Source: the human T2T-CHM13v2.0 reference genome, Homo sapiens
Strand: one strand, 5' to 3'
Assembly: GCF_009914755.1 (NCBI RefSeq)
Contig: NC_060930.1
DNA length: 64,000 bases
Shown: piece after piece, positions 35,216-49,270 of the stretch
Position numbering within the stretch: position 1 is the first letter of the stretch
Layout: each line of letters starts with the position of its first letter
Translations under genes and position numbers: made by a program
The notes under the pieces: model-generated
Databases searched by the model: none
What the model was told of the DNA's origin: nothing
What the model saw: only the letters and a program-made list of their open reading frames with translations

Positions 35216-36372
35216 TCACGACCAAACTGAACCATGAGCAAGCTCAACATCAGCTACCTACTGGGGATGGCTTGAAAATGACTCAAATAGCTCCATATCT
35301 GAAACACTTTTCACTTCTACCCAGAAGATAATTCGAAGAGCACCCACAATAGAGTAAGTTCATCATTTACCTTCGTAGGCCTGAGGACATGAGACCTGGA
35401 CAGGTCAGTTTTGCTGGGTTTTAAAAAGGACTGAGCAGGCAGCACTACCAATCACGTGGACAGTTAAATGAGGAGGCACTAAGAGAAGCCTTTGGGAAAC
35501 TGAGGGGAGAAAAAAAAATCCTGGCATTTAGAGGAGGCCTGGCCTATTCAACAGAGAAAAACTGCACCAAGTGGCAAAAGCTTTTCTGCTTCGCAACTTG
35601 CCTATGGCCAGTTACTGGCAGAGTCACTGCTGGCATTTTGCTGTGACATCCTAAAAACTCAAAACCTTTTCCCTTAGACACATCATTGGAAGACCTAACG
35701 AGGATTTCTCTTCCTACTTAGAGGTGCTGACAGTGAGAGGAAAATATAGGGCCCACTATACTTAAGCCAAACCCAGATTATATTTTTAAACATTGTTTGT
35801 GATAGGAATCAAGTCACTATGATGTAATAGCTACCTTGATAAGATGAGTTTGAGAAAAATCATTTAAGAAAGAAGGAGCGTATATATCCCATGTTGAAGT
35901 GATGTCTGTGATTGTCTACATCAATTACCAAGAACATCTTAAAGACAATAAAATAAATAAACAAAACATACAGTGTAAAAAAAGAAAGGCTACAATGCAT
36001 TTAAAACCTTATATTTAGCTAACTTTTAAGATTTGCTGTTCAATATCTTCTTGTTCAAGAATATGATAATCTATATAATTAATTGATTTAAACTATGTAA
36101 AATAAGTATTGCTTTAGGGTTACAGGTACTTACTGATATAATGTTTAAAAAACAAATGTGATTGCAAAATACATATATTCAAATTATTTGTAAAGGATTC
36201 TTTATGCAAAAAACACTATTATTTAATGATGACTATAAATATAAGGTTCTACAATAAAAAGTAGCTGTTGCTTTTAAGGAAGCCATAATGATCTTCCTTT
36301 TCCACCTATGAAGTATCCCTATCTCCCAGACAGCCCTTCAGACTAAGCGAGAGACGGCGTGCAGTGACTCAC

Positions 36373-36528
36373 CTGGAGGATGGACACAGTCTGGGAGAAG
36401 TGGTGCTGCTCCATGGTGGAAGTGGAGTAGAGAGCGGCCAGAGGGTGGTCGAACTTCTGCAGGTAGCTGTTACTGAAGCCCCTGTGGTCCAGGTCATGAC
36501 ACAGACACGCAATCAGCAGTCCTTTGCG
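36373..36528 (-). CDS. PDE10A: PDE10A coding exon E (156 nt), metal-binding signature: [52 protein letters not shown]
   Basis: Acceptor ttttttaaag|CGC AAA; donor CTC CAG|gtgagt; HDxxHxGxxN signature and ExHH. Confidence 0.97.
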
Positions 36529-36989
36529 CTTTAAAAAATAATATGATGCAGAGATGCTCAAAACACAGAAACACACATGAGCAGACTTACCGCTTACATT
36601 CATGTCACATTACTTTCTGGCATTAATATAGCACAAATACAGCATTCTGGCATAAAGAATCCTATACAAATAGAGCAAACCCTTAGGAATCTTGGAAATT
36701 CCAGATAATCTAACTCATTTGTAGGCCCTTTCTTTGTTTCTCTGCTTAGGAATCTGATAGTCAAATTATTTTTGAGTTTCTCTCTCAACTCTAGGAAAAG
36801 GTGCAGGAGGTATCAACTTAAAGGTATAAAGCAAATGTTCCAAAAAAGTACAGATAAAGCAAATCTGCACAAGGAAAGAAAGGTCAGTTTCAGCAAAATC
36901 TATTCAATGTTAAATTCTAACAATGCTATTGCTATTATAAACAATAAATATAACAGGTAAATCATATCGCATGTAAAAATGGCAAATAT

Positions 36990-37900
36990 ATAGAAAAAAA
37001 GGCAGAGCAGGCTAAAGGAAATTAGAGAAAGTCAGGCTGAGTATGAAATAAACTAGGCAGGCACACCTCATGAAAAGGCCAGGTGTGAGCAAAGACCCGA
37101 AACAGGGTAAGGAGAGCGGCAAGCGCAGTGTGGGAGAAGAGCACGCCGGGCAGGGGAGCAGTAACAACATAAACTTGAAGGCGAGTGTGCCCTGAGACTC
37201 GGAGGATCAGGACGGTGGCCAGTGGGGTCGAGGGCAGGGGAAGCAGTCATCATAAAAGGCTTATATTCTCAGTGATCTGGGGAACTATTATTACACGGTT
37301 TTTAGCAGAGCAGTGTTACCATCTTGCTTATATATTTACAAGATTATTCTGGCAACTGTGTGGAAAACAGACTCCAGGAGGATGAGAGATCAGTGAGGAG
37401 GTTTCTAAAGTAATTGAGGCAAAATGTAATAGAGCTTTAGACCAGGATAATAACAGTGAAAGCTTCTATGGGGTGATTAAAGTCTGGATGCATTTTGCAG
37501 GCAGAACCAACAGGATTTTTTGACTGTCAGAGTGTGAAAAGAAAGGACATGAGGAGGGGTCAAGTATGACCTCAAATGTTTTGGCCTTAGAAGCTATAAT
37601 GATTACCATCAACTGATATGGAAGGACTGCAGGTGGAATGGGTTTGAGGAGGGAGGTCAGGAGCTCACATTTAGACTGAGGCGAAGGAGTCTACTTGATA
37701 GTCAAGTGGAGATTTGACAAGTGGAGATTTTGTTTTGACAGGTAGCAGCTACTGAAGCCTCACGGCCTGGAGATAGGCCTTTGCTAGAGAAATGAAACTG
37801 TCAGTGCCCATGTGGCGTTTAAGGCCACATGACTGGCTGAGCTCACCAAGGTTGTAGTTTGAGGTTGGAGGAGGGTCAAGGTCTAAGCTCTCAAGTACTC
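36990..37900 (-). mobile_element. L2 remnant; boundaries approximate
   Basis: Purine-rich antisense L2 motifs (gtctggatgcattttgcaggcagaaccaacagga, gatagtcaagtggagat). Confidence 0.6.
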
Positions 37901-40579
37901 CCAATTCTAAAATAAATCATCCAGCAATTAAATACTTGATAAATTAAATACTTGATAAAAATTGAAGGGAAGAAAGAACTCTATAGGTTAAATCCTATTA
38001 CAACACATTTCATATGACAGTTTCTATTCTTTCATGAAGGGATTTTGAGTGGAATTCAGGTTATGCCAAACATTGCTTGAAAAGACTGAAGTGTTTAAAG
38101 AATATTGACTCAATGTGTTAGTAACAATCACAATCACAATTTTTATTTTGAAAGACAAATTATACCTGAAAAGGGGGAACAGACTGCATGGTCTAAGTCT
38201 GAGGAAAGAGAAGGATTAAGAAAAAAACAACAAAACAAAAACAAACAAACAAAAAACCCCAAGGGAGGAACAGCTGGTGCATTCGCAGGAAAACCAAGAG
38301 TGCCGAATGTCCCGGGATTCGATTGAAGACACTGAGCACTAACCCTTGGATCTCGCAAGGTGTGGGTCACTGGTGACCTGGAGCAGGGCATTTTCTGGGG
38401 TGTTAAGGTCAGAAGCTTGATCAGAGTTGTTTTCAGAAAGAATGCGAGGAGAGGATTTTGAAAGAGTCAATAGGGTAATGCTTACATGGGGTTTACTGCA
38501 AAGAAGAGCAAAGTAACAGGGAGGGAGCTGAGAAGAGCGGCAGATCGGAGCATATTCTAAGATGGAAGTAAAAAACTGCATGCGTACATGCAGATGGCAA
38601 TGATCCAGAAAAGAGGGGTGAAAGCATGATAATGGAGGAGAGAGAAGAGTGGGAAGCACTGGTAGGCAGTGTTCTCCAAGAGGTGGAGGCGACAGATACA
38701 ATAAAGCAGAAGGGTCAGCTCTGGAGAGGAGTGTGAAGGTTTAAGGAAGTGTGCAAGGCAGAGCCTGCTGAGGGCAGATGCAGACAGATGGGGGTGCTGC
38801 GATGGGAGTCAGCAGAAGTTCTCACAGGTACATTTTTAGCGATATGCCTGCTTCTTTGTCCTGATAATGCTGAACTGGTTTTTCCCGCCACATAATTGGA
38901 AGGGAAATCTCGCCAGTAACCCCTAACCCCATGAAGTATCATGTTAACAATCATACTCGCCTGGCATTCTTAAGATAACTGAATTAATTATGTTGTTAGT
39001 ATCATTTTGTTTTGGGGTGGTTTCCATGTTATATGCTGCTGTGTCATCATGATGTACCTGATAAGAAATCTCAAGAGTTTTACAATCTTGCACAATACGT
39101 AAAAGTTATCATCTTTCCAGTTTCTAAACTCATTTTTAAAATTCATGTGACTTTCAGTAGTTTTATTAAAGGTGTGCCAGAATCATACATCTGAAAATAA
39201 TGTATAAAGAATCACCCTTGTTAAGCATTTCCCTTTAACAAGATCAAATGGTAACTTCTAACAGTTCTTTTAGAGATTAAATTTCTTCTTTATAAAATAT
39301 GTTTTAAATATTTACATGTCATTTTGGGGATTATTTTTCAGCCAAAACGATCTGATGTTTTGGGAAAATGTAATGATATAATTCCAAAAATGAATTAGGA
39401 ACTTAAATGAGAGTCAATATGTATCAACAAAGTTTTTCTCACTTATTGTTAAATTTTCAATTTTTTTGAATATAAATTACAATGCAACTTGAAAGTATAA
39501 TTTCTACAGTTCTTAAACTCACAAGGTATGGCAAAATGGCAAAACAAGACAATGAAATTGCTTTCTTAAAAGGAACAGAATGGAGAAAATGCTGAAAGTC
39601 TCAACAGTATGGGGTTCAATAGAAAAGGACTTTGTTAAGACAAACAAATGAAAAAAGGAGAGATTTCATGTGGATCTTTCGCGGGGAGGTGATAAATAAT
39701 AAATTACTGATCAGGCTAAACTCCACTTGAACTAAAGATTGTTTTAAAAAAAGCAACAAAAACTAGAGGATAATTTTTTATTCTTTCTTAAAATGCTACT
39801 ATTTTTTTCCTAGAATGCATCTTTTGAGTTTTCCACTCAGATTGTGAATTTGGTCCAATAGGATGGAAAAGGATAGGATGGACCTTCACAAGTACTAGAT
39901 TCTAGTTTAAATGTGAATTTGAGAAAAGCACAATTTATTTATCACAAAGATGACAGCTCCTTTCTCTGGACAGTCATAGGTCCCCTAAAAGATGATACCA
40001 GTTTTTACAGAGGAGAGAAAGGAGGACTCCCTCTAAGGTGTCAGTAGATACTACCAGGATCAATGTGGTCAGAGGGAGGGATATCCTTCAAAGTCGGGAT
40101 TGTCCAGATGTAGAATCAGCATCCTTTGTGGCCAGGAGTCACTAAGCATTTAGCCTGGCTTTCAAGTAAGGGACTTTGACTGTGGTTGATGAATGGAAGT
40201 GGCCATCTCCAATTCTAACTCTGAGATTACGAAAGCTTTGGATATGTCACTAACTCTGGGTATTTAAAGTCAGGCAAATTAATTAAACATTTCAGATCCT
40301 TTAGTTTCCTTATGCTAGAGGAGGTCAAAAACACTTATGTCTTCACAGTATTGAATGCTCTAGGTTCTCAAATAGGCAGGATACGTCTACATTATCCAGG
40401 GCATATAAGCAATGAATAAAATTCACTGTTTATATCCCTTCAGAACATTTAAGCTTTAACAGGTAAGACAGACTACAAAATTAGTATTTCCTTGGGGGAT
40501 ATTTTGATGAAGTTAAAATTTCTTTTATCTACATTTCTTATACAAAATAATATGCTAAATGTTTGGGTACAAGAGTCTA

Positions 40580-40936
<357 letters not shown>

Positions 40937-42136
40937 CTAGTTTAGGTACATATATGTCTGTACCCTTATACATTTGCAACTCTAAAGATTTCCACCCTGA
41001 CTGAATCCATGAGCACTGGAAACTCATTCACCAGTTCCCTTCCAGTTCTCTAGCCAAAAAGAAGTAAGAGGATAAAGACTCTTTTATGGTATCTGTTGTG
41101 ATACAGTAACTGTCCCACCAGCGAAAAAATATCAGTATTAGTACACAGTCACCCGTCACCAGCCCTCATGATCTTCTTTAGTTTTACGTTCATTTCCTAA
41201 ACCCCACAGTGCTCAAAAGACAACAACACAGCACCATCTTGCTAAAGGGTATTTTGAGCTAATATTTTCCAAAAAGAATATTCAGACTTGCAAACTGCAA
41301 ATATGTATATCATGAGACTTTTCTAGAGTTACTATACTTTCAAAGTAATTCCAAAGTATTAAGGTTTATTACACACTCAAATTATTAAGTCACAAATGAA
41401 CATATCCAAATACTGACATAGTATATAAAATAATATGATGTATATTTTATTACATATAGTTATACTATATTTTTATATTTTTTATATTATGTACTTATTT
41501 AAGACCCTACAAACTCTCAAAATAGACTTGAGACAGCTTAAAACAAAAGCATATATAAAACAAGGCTTTCTAAAATACCAGGGAGGTCAAGAATTCATAA
41601 AAACTTAAAAAAAAAAGTAACCTGTGTTTTTCTCCACTGAAAATTTTCAAATGTCTTTGAAGTATAAGGTATGGCATTTTAAGAATTCCAACTGGTCAAA
41701 CTCTCAACTGCATTCTGAGAATTAACTGGAGTTAGGTATCCTATGCTCATCCTTTTGAAACACTAATTTACAAAAAGTCACAGATAGAAAATACACAGGC
41801 TTCAAGAAGAATGACAATTTAGTTCTAGAGAAACTAAGAGGCTCTATAAGACATTTAATTCCTAAATGAGTAAAAAAGAGCAAAAGAAAACTATTCCTTG
41901 CATTTAAATATTGTGTGTTTACACTGAAAAGGATCAGTTATAAAGTCAGGAAAGGCCTCTAGGACAGGCCAAAGTGGGTGGGGAAAAGATCTGCAATGAA
42001 ATGGTGCCATAATCAAATTACTGACAAAGTATCACACTTTGAATAAGAAGACATGTTTCTTTTCGATCTATTCTAATAGATATATGATGTTAGGTTGAAA
42101 GTTGATGCTAAATTTACACGTGGTGTTCTAAACATT

Positions 42137-42937
42137 TATTATTATTATTATTATTATTATACTTTAAGTTCTGGGGTCCACGTGCAGAACGTGCAGGTTT
42201 GTTACATAGGTATACACGTGCCATGATGGCTTGCTGCACCCATCAACCCTTCATCTACATTTGCTATTTCTCCTAATGCTATCCCTCCCTTAGCCTCCCA
42301 TCCCCCAACAGGCCCCAGTGTGTGATGTTCCCCTCCCTGTGTCCATATGTTCTCACTGTTCAACTTCCACTTATAAGAGAGAACATGTTGTGTTTGGTTT
42401 TCTCTTCTTGTGTTAATATGCTGAGAATGATGGTTTCCAGCTTCATCCATGTCCCTGCAAAGGACATGAACTCATCCTTTTTTATGGCTGCATAGTATTC
42501 CATGGTGTGTATGTGCCACATTTTCTTTATCCAGTCTATCATTGATGGGCATTTGGGTTGGTTCCAAGTCTTTGCTATTATGAACAGTGCCACAATAAAC
42601 ATATGTGTGCACATGTCTTTATAGTAGAGTGATTTATAATCCTTTGGGTATATACCTAGTAATGGGATTGCTAGGTCAAATGGTATTTCTAGTTCTAGAT
42701 CCTTGAGGAATCACCATACCGTTTTCTACAATGGTTGAACTAATTTACATTCCCACCAACAGTGTAAAAGCATTCCTATTTCTCCACATCCTCTCCAGCA
42801 TCTGTTGTTTCCTGACTCTTTAATGATCGCCATTCTAACTGGCGTGAGATGGTGTCTCATTGTGGTTTTGATTTGCATTTCTCTAATGACCAGTGATGAT
42901 GAGATTTTTTTCATATGTTTACTAGCTGTATAAAATT
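42137..42937 (-). mobile_element. L1PA7-like 3' end (about 800 bp), same sense as PDE10A
   Basis: (TTA)n tail; ataggtatacacgtgccatg; ORF2 C-terminal peptides in the ORF track. Confidence 0.9.
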
Positions 42938-43248
42938 CTTGTCAGTAGTAACCCCTGTCTCTTTCAGTTACCCAGCTGAAAGAAACTCTAGCCTCTGTTT
43001 TTATGAAAGCTTTTCAGATTTTTTAACCAGGCTACAACCATGTTGCTAGAGCCCCTACAGAGAATCTGAAAAGGCTGCATATTTGTATAATAATCTCAGC
43101 CCTTTTTTATTGGAATATTTAGGAAAAAAAGTAATTTATACATGCAGTATTTAAAAATAATTACAAACAAAGATCGTGGTGAGGCATATATGTAGAAGGA
43201 GGAAGAGGTTATGTCACCCAATATTTCAAAAAGTAAATTTTAAAGTCA

Positions 43249-43347
<99 letters not shown>

Positions 43348-44390
43348 TTAAAAGGGCAGTTTATCACTAAACGTGATTAGAATAAACACAGTAAGTAAAG
43401 AAAAGCATTTAACTTGTTTGTACCAAGGAGCTAAAAAGACACTGGGAGCTCAGCCATCCCTTTTCCTGCCTTCTTAGCCACATAGCTGTTACTGAAAGAT
43501 TTCCAGGAAGAAACTAAACATATTGCCTTAGAAATCTAGTCCAATATTTGAGTTATTGATTTTCTATTAATCTGTTTGAAAATGATGCTTCATTTGTTGT
43601 CAGAGAAATAAAAAGTACAAAAAGGTATATTACAAATATTAGATAAATATACAATCATAGAAAAGGGGGGAAAAGCCTTTTCAGAAGTATTTTTGGAGTT
43701 GAAACTGTTCTATCTCCTATTTTAACTGAGATAACAATTTCACTAATATAAACACCAGAGTTATTACCTATTTTTCATTTGCTAATTTAGTTACCAACAT
43801 TAGACTTGAATAAACAGTATGGTATAATATATACTATAATTTCAATTGTAAGGTAAATATTAGCTCTAAGTCACTTCTGAAGGTTTCCTATGTAGATAGT
43901 GTTGGCTTACACTTACAATAAACATACAAATTATCATAGGCCCTACCCTCTAGTAACTTAAATATATTAACATAGGGTTAAAAAATACAGTATGAGAGTC
44001 AAACTATGACAAAATTCTTGAATTTAATTTGGAAGTTTAAATTTATATGGAAATGAGAACTGTTTGATATCTTCTGTTAAATGCCATTTTGAGTGTTAAA
44101 TATTAAATGGTATAAAGTATGCAACAGACTAATGAGAAATGCTAACATTTAGGTTAACTCATTTCAAAACTGAGTTCAGATTTTCTTTTTTAAGGTAATG
44201 AGATCTGGCCTTTATTTCCAAATCCTATCATAATATCTGGAATCACTTCAGAAGCAGACAATGGCAACACATGAAACTCCACATGTAATATGTGTATAAT
44301 AATTGTGACTCTAATTCTATAATCTGTCTCACTTTAAGTTCAATTCAATTAAAAATGGTTCCTGAAGAAACTGACAGAGCAACATACTTA

Positions 44391-44534
<144 letters not shown>

Positions 44535-45502
44535 CTAGAAGGCAAATCCAAAAAAAAAACCCCCAAAATTAAAAGAATATTTAAACTGTTTTGTCACGGA
44601 AGTTCAGAATTTGGTATTAAAGAATCAGAACTAGAATTAAAACCAAAGTGGATTTATTATTATCCGTATTTCCATATGCACTGGGATGTGCAGACATGAC
44701 TTTGCAGATTCAAAAGAAATGCTTTTTTTAAAAAATGGTATCTCTGCTTTACAAATTTTTATCAGACATTATCTCTGGGTGATGAGATTACTTGGCATTT
44801 GTCTTCCTTAAAATGCTCTGTATTTCCGCATTTTTAAATAAAAATTAAACACATTTTATTATCAGAAAATGAATATTTGTACTTTTAAAGATCATCGTAA
44901 GATCTAAGGTATTTCTCAATCTGTTACAACAAAACCTTTAATTATTGCATTTCACCTGCACATCAAATTCATCTTCCTTGGGAAGGTTTTATCATCATTA
45001 CCTTCTCTGGTTTTTAGTCTTGACTGTATATTGTTACTGTTCTTAACAGGACTGAATTTGGGGTGTTATTGGTGTTCCAGCAATGAACTCAAATGAGTAA
45101 CACAGGTTTGCATTCGTCAGTCATAGACTGTGTCTACAGAGTAAGTATATAAATTGGTAATTACATTAATCGAAAATGGATAGGTACATTTTGCCATCCT
45201 GTTAAGTTGAAATCTTGTGTATCTGTATCTGTGTGCAAATGTTTTACAAATAATTATAAATTAATATGTGAGATAAAACAAAAACATGCAGTGGAGCCAA
45301 AGGAATGGATCAATATTTATACTTGTGAATTATTAAATAGGTGAGATTAATTAGGAACTGTCTAAAGTAAATTAATACTGAAAACGTGGTGACAAGCTAG
45401 AGTAGCTTTTGTAACATTTTGCATTTTTAAAATAACATTTTCTAAAGGATAGTTCACCATCTATAGGTAAGACTATCCAGTCTACATAAAAATATAAATG
45501 AA

Positions 45503-45800
<298 letters not shown>

Positions 45801-46298
45801 ATGAAGCTAAATGGGTCAAGAGTAAAGATACTTTCTTTATTTCACAATTTAAAAATATTTAGCTTCCTTCTTGGTGATCTCAAAGTCCTCTTGGTCTAGA
45901 GGTTACTAAAATGTTTGATTGTGAAAACCTTATCAGTAAACAAATTGTGGCAATGCAAACCCAATGAATGAATACACAGTAATTATGTGCACACAAACTG
46001 TGTTCATGTATTATTTACATACATAGAAATCAGAAACATTAAAATTAAGTGGGTATATTTTTAAATATTTTACTTACTAAATAAGTCTTTGTTCTTACTA
46101 AAAAATTACATATTTTTAAATGAAAGTACTATATTTAAATGTTATTAATCATCAAATGCTTTATTTAATACTTTTGGAGATAATGATCTAAGGGATGGTT
46201 CACTTTAATTTATTTCAGTATTTAGATTTTCAGTTATACTGTTTGAGAAACATATTCCTTAAGAAGTATGTCGATCCAAATGGAATAAAGTTTGTATT

Positions 46299-46588
46299 GG
46301 CTGTGGCTAATGCCTGTAATCCCAGCACTTTGGGAGGCAGAGGCAGGCAGCAAGACTAGGCTGGCCAACATGGCGAAACCCTGTCTCTACTAAAAACACA
46401 GAAAAATTAGCCAGGCACGGTGGCACACACCTGTAATCCTAGCTACTGGGGAGGCTGAGGCATGAGAATCATTTGAACCAGGGAGGCAAGAGGTGGAGGT
46501 TTCAGTGAGCAAAGATTGCACTACTACACTTCAGCCTGGGCGATAGAGCAAGACTCTCTCTCTCTCTCTCTCTCAAAAAAAAAAAAAA
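46299..46588 (+). mobile_element. Alu with internal deletion and (CT)n expansion before the A tail
   Basis: Flanking repeat ttgtattggctgt on both sides. Confidence 0.88.
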
Positions 46589-46849
46589 GGTTGTATTGGC
46601 TGTTCTTAAACATTACACTTATATTTTTGTTTCCTAACTACTAATATGTTTGGTTGAAATTCAAATGCATTTCCTTTGTTCTTTATGTCAATCAGTTGAC
46701 CCTGCAAACTAATCAGCCACATTTTTATATATTACCAATATGGGTTCAAAATCAATGAAAACTCTTTGTGGAGAAGATTTCTATCAGTTAAAACCTGCTT
46801 CATATAACAAAATCATTAAAATTCAATTTTAAAGGTAGAGAGAAAAAAA

Positions 46850-49270
46850 GGGGGAATAAAGAACAGATTAAACACATAGAAAACAAATGGCAAGATGGTA
46901 GATTTACACCTAAACGTAAAATGTGAATGGTCTAAACATCATGACTAGAAGTCAAAGACTGTCAGATTGAATAAAAAAGTATCAGCCAACTATATACTGC
47001 TTACAAGAATTCTACTCGAACTATAAAGACATAGAGTAAAATTAAAATGATGGAAAAGATATACTGTTTAATACCAGTCAAAAGAAAGTTACGACTTTAT
47101 TAATAATAACAGGCTAGGTTGATTTCAGAACAAAGATTATTACTAGAAATAAAGAAAATCATTTCAAATAACAAAAGGGTCAGGTCATCACAAGGATATA
47201 ACAACCCTAAGTATTACACTACCTAATAAGATAGTTTTGGTATACATGAAGCAAACAACGACAGAACTGCAAATAAAATAGACAAATAGAAAAATCCACA
47301 ATTATAGTTAGAGATTTCACACCACCCTTTCAACTGAACTACTCATACATCAACCCAATCAAAATCCCAGTAGGCTTTTCTATAGGAAATTAAAAGCTGA
47401 TTCTATAATTTATATGGAAATTCAAAGGACCTAGAATAGCCAAAATAACTCTGAAAACAAAGAATAAAGGTAAAGAAATTATACTGCCCAAATCCAATAC
47501 TTATTATAAAGGTTTTTTTATTATACTTTAAGTTTTAGGGTACATGTGCACAACGTGCAGGTTTGTTACATATGTATACATGTGCCATGTTGGTGTGCTG
47601 CACCCATCAACCCGTCATTTAACATTAGGTATATCTCCTAATGCTATCCCTCCCCCCTCCCCACAACAGGCCCCAGTGTGTGATGTTCCCCTTCCTGTGT
47701 CCATGTGTTCTCATTGTTCAATTCCCACCTATGAGTGAGAACATGTGGTGTTTGGTTTTCTGTCCTTGCGATAGTTTGCGGAGAATGATGGTTTCCAGCT
47801 TCATCCATGTCCCTACAAAGGACATGAACTCATCATTTTTTATGGCTGCATAGTATTCCATGGTGTATATGTGCCACATTTTCTTAATCTAGTCTATCAC
47901 TGTTGGACATGTGGCTTGGTTCCAAGTCTCTGCTATTGTTAATAGTGCCGCAATAAACATACATGTGCATGTGTCTTTATAGCAGCATGATTTATAATCC
48001 TTTGGGTATATACCCAGTAATGGGATTGTTAAAGCAGTGTGGTAGTGGCATCAAGGGGCACAAACGGATCAGTGGAACTAAATACAGAAATAGGACCACA
48101 CAGACGGTCAGCTGATTTTCAGCAAGGCTGCAAAGGCGAGGCCATAAGGAAAGGATAGTCGATTCAGCAAGTGGTGCTGCAACAACCAAATATCCAAGAG
48201 CAATATATAAACAAATAAATAAAAACTTTGACCCTTACCTTGTACCATATACAAATATTTACTTAAAATGAATATAGACTTAACTATAGAACCTAAAACT
48301 ATAAAACTTCTAGAAAAAAAAAACAGAGGAGAAATGTCTTAACGACCTTAGGTTAGGCAAGTATTTCTTCAATACAATGTTAAACATCATAATAAAAGGA
48401 TAAATTGATCAACTGGACTTCTTCAGAGTTTAAAACTTTTGCTCTTAGAAAGAAACCATTAAGAGAATGAAAAGACAAGCCAAAGACTGCGAGCAAATAT
48501 TTACAAATAATCTATCTGATAAATGAAAATGACCTGTATCCAGAATATATAAAGAGCTACTAAAAATCAATAAGAAAACAAACCACCACAAACAAAAGAT
48601 GGACAAAAGATGTGAAAAGACACTTCACCAAAGATGGTGTACAGATGACAAATGTAGAAGAACTGGAACACATGCTGTGATTTATGGAATGTAAAAGAGT
48701 ACAGTCACTTTGGTAAACAGTTTGGCAGTCTCTTAAACAGTTACAGACCCCTCCCATGTTACCCACCACTGCACACATAAATCTTTACCCAAGCGAGATG
48801 AAAGTCTATGGCCACTTAAAGGCTTGTACACAGACCAACTGTTTGTTTGTAGCTTTAGTGTAATAGCCAAAAACTGGAAATCACTCAAAAATCTATCAAC
48901 AAGTAAATAAATTAGTTATGGTATATCCATACAATAAACTACTACTAAGTAATAAAGAGGAATTAACTGTTTACGTACACAACACCAGCAATGAATCACA
49001 AAATTATGTTAAGTGAAAAAAGCCAAATAATACAGATTATATAATTCCCTTTATACAAAAGAATTTTAGAAACTGCAATTTATAGTGACAGAAAGCAAAT
49101 CAATGGTCACCTGAAGATGAGAAGGGTCAAAAGAAAGGGATTACTAAGGCTATATTTATTATACTGATTATGTTGATGGTTTCATGGGTATGTGTGTATA
49201 CTAAGTTGTACACTTTAAACAGTTGTACGTTATTGTGTATCAATAAACCTCAGTGAAACTATTTTAAAAG
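46850..49270 (+). mobile_element. Old L1M ORF2/3' UTR with a large internal deletion near 47340, interrupted by L1PA
   Basis: EN motifs (aactatatactgcttacaaga) jump to late ORF2 (tatatggaaattcaaaggacctagaatagcc). Confidence 0.75.
47513..48028 (-). mobile_element. L1PA4/5-like 3' end (about 515 bp)
   Basis: tatactttaagttttagggtacatgtgcacaacgtgcagg; ends cccagtaatgggattg. Confidence 0.9.

Noticed and set aside
36529-36603. In-frame ATG 25 codons upstream of exon E as an alternative start
   Set aside because: A short intronic open frame is expected by chance; no promoter evidence, and the product would lack the YHN motif
37927-37960. Short direct repeat aattaaatacttgata x2, and similar ones near 1351, 5352 and 13858
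   Set aside because: Ordinary slippage duplications, not an array or CRISPR-like structure
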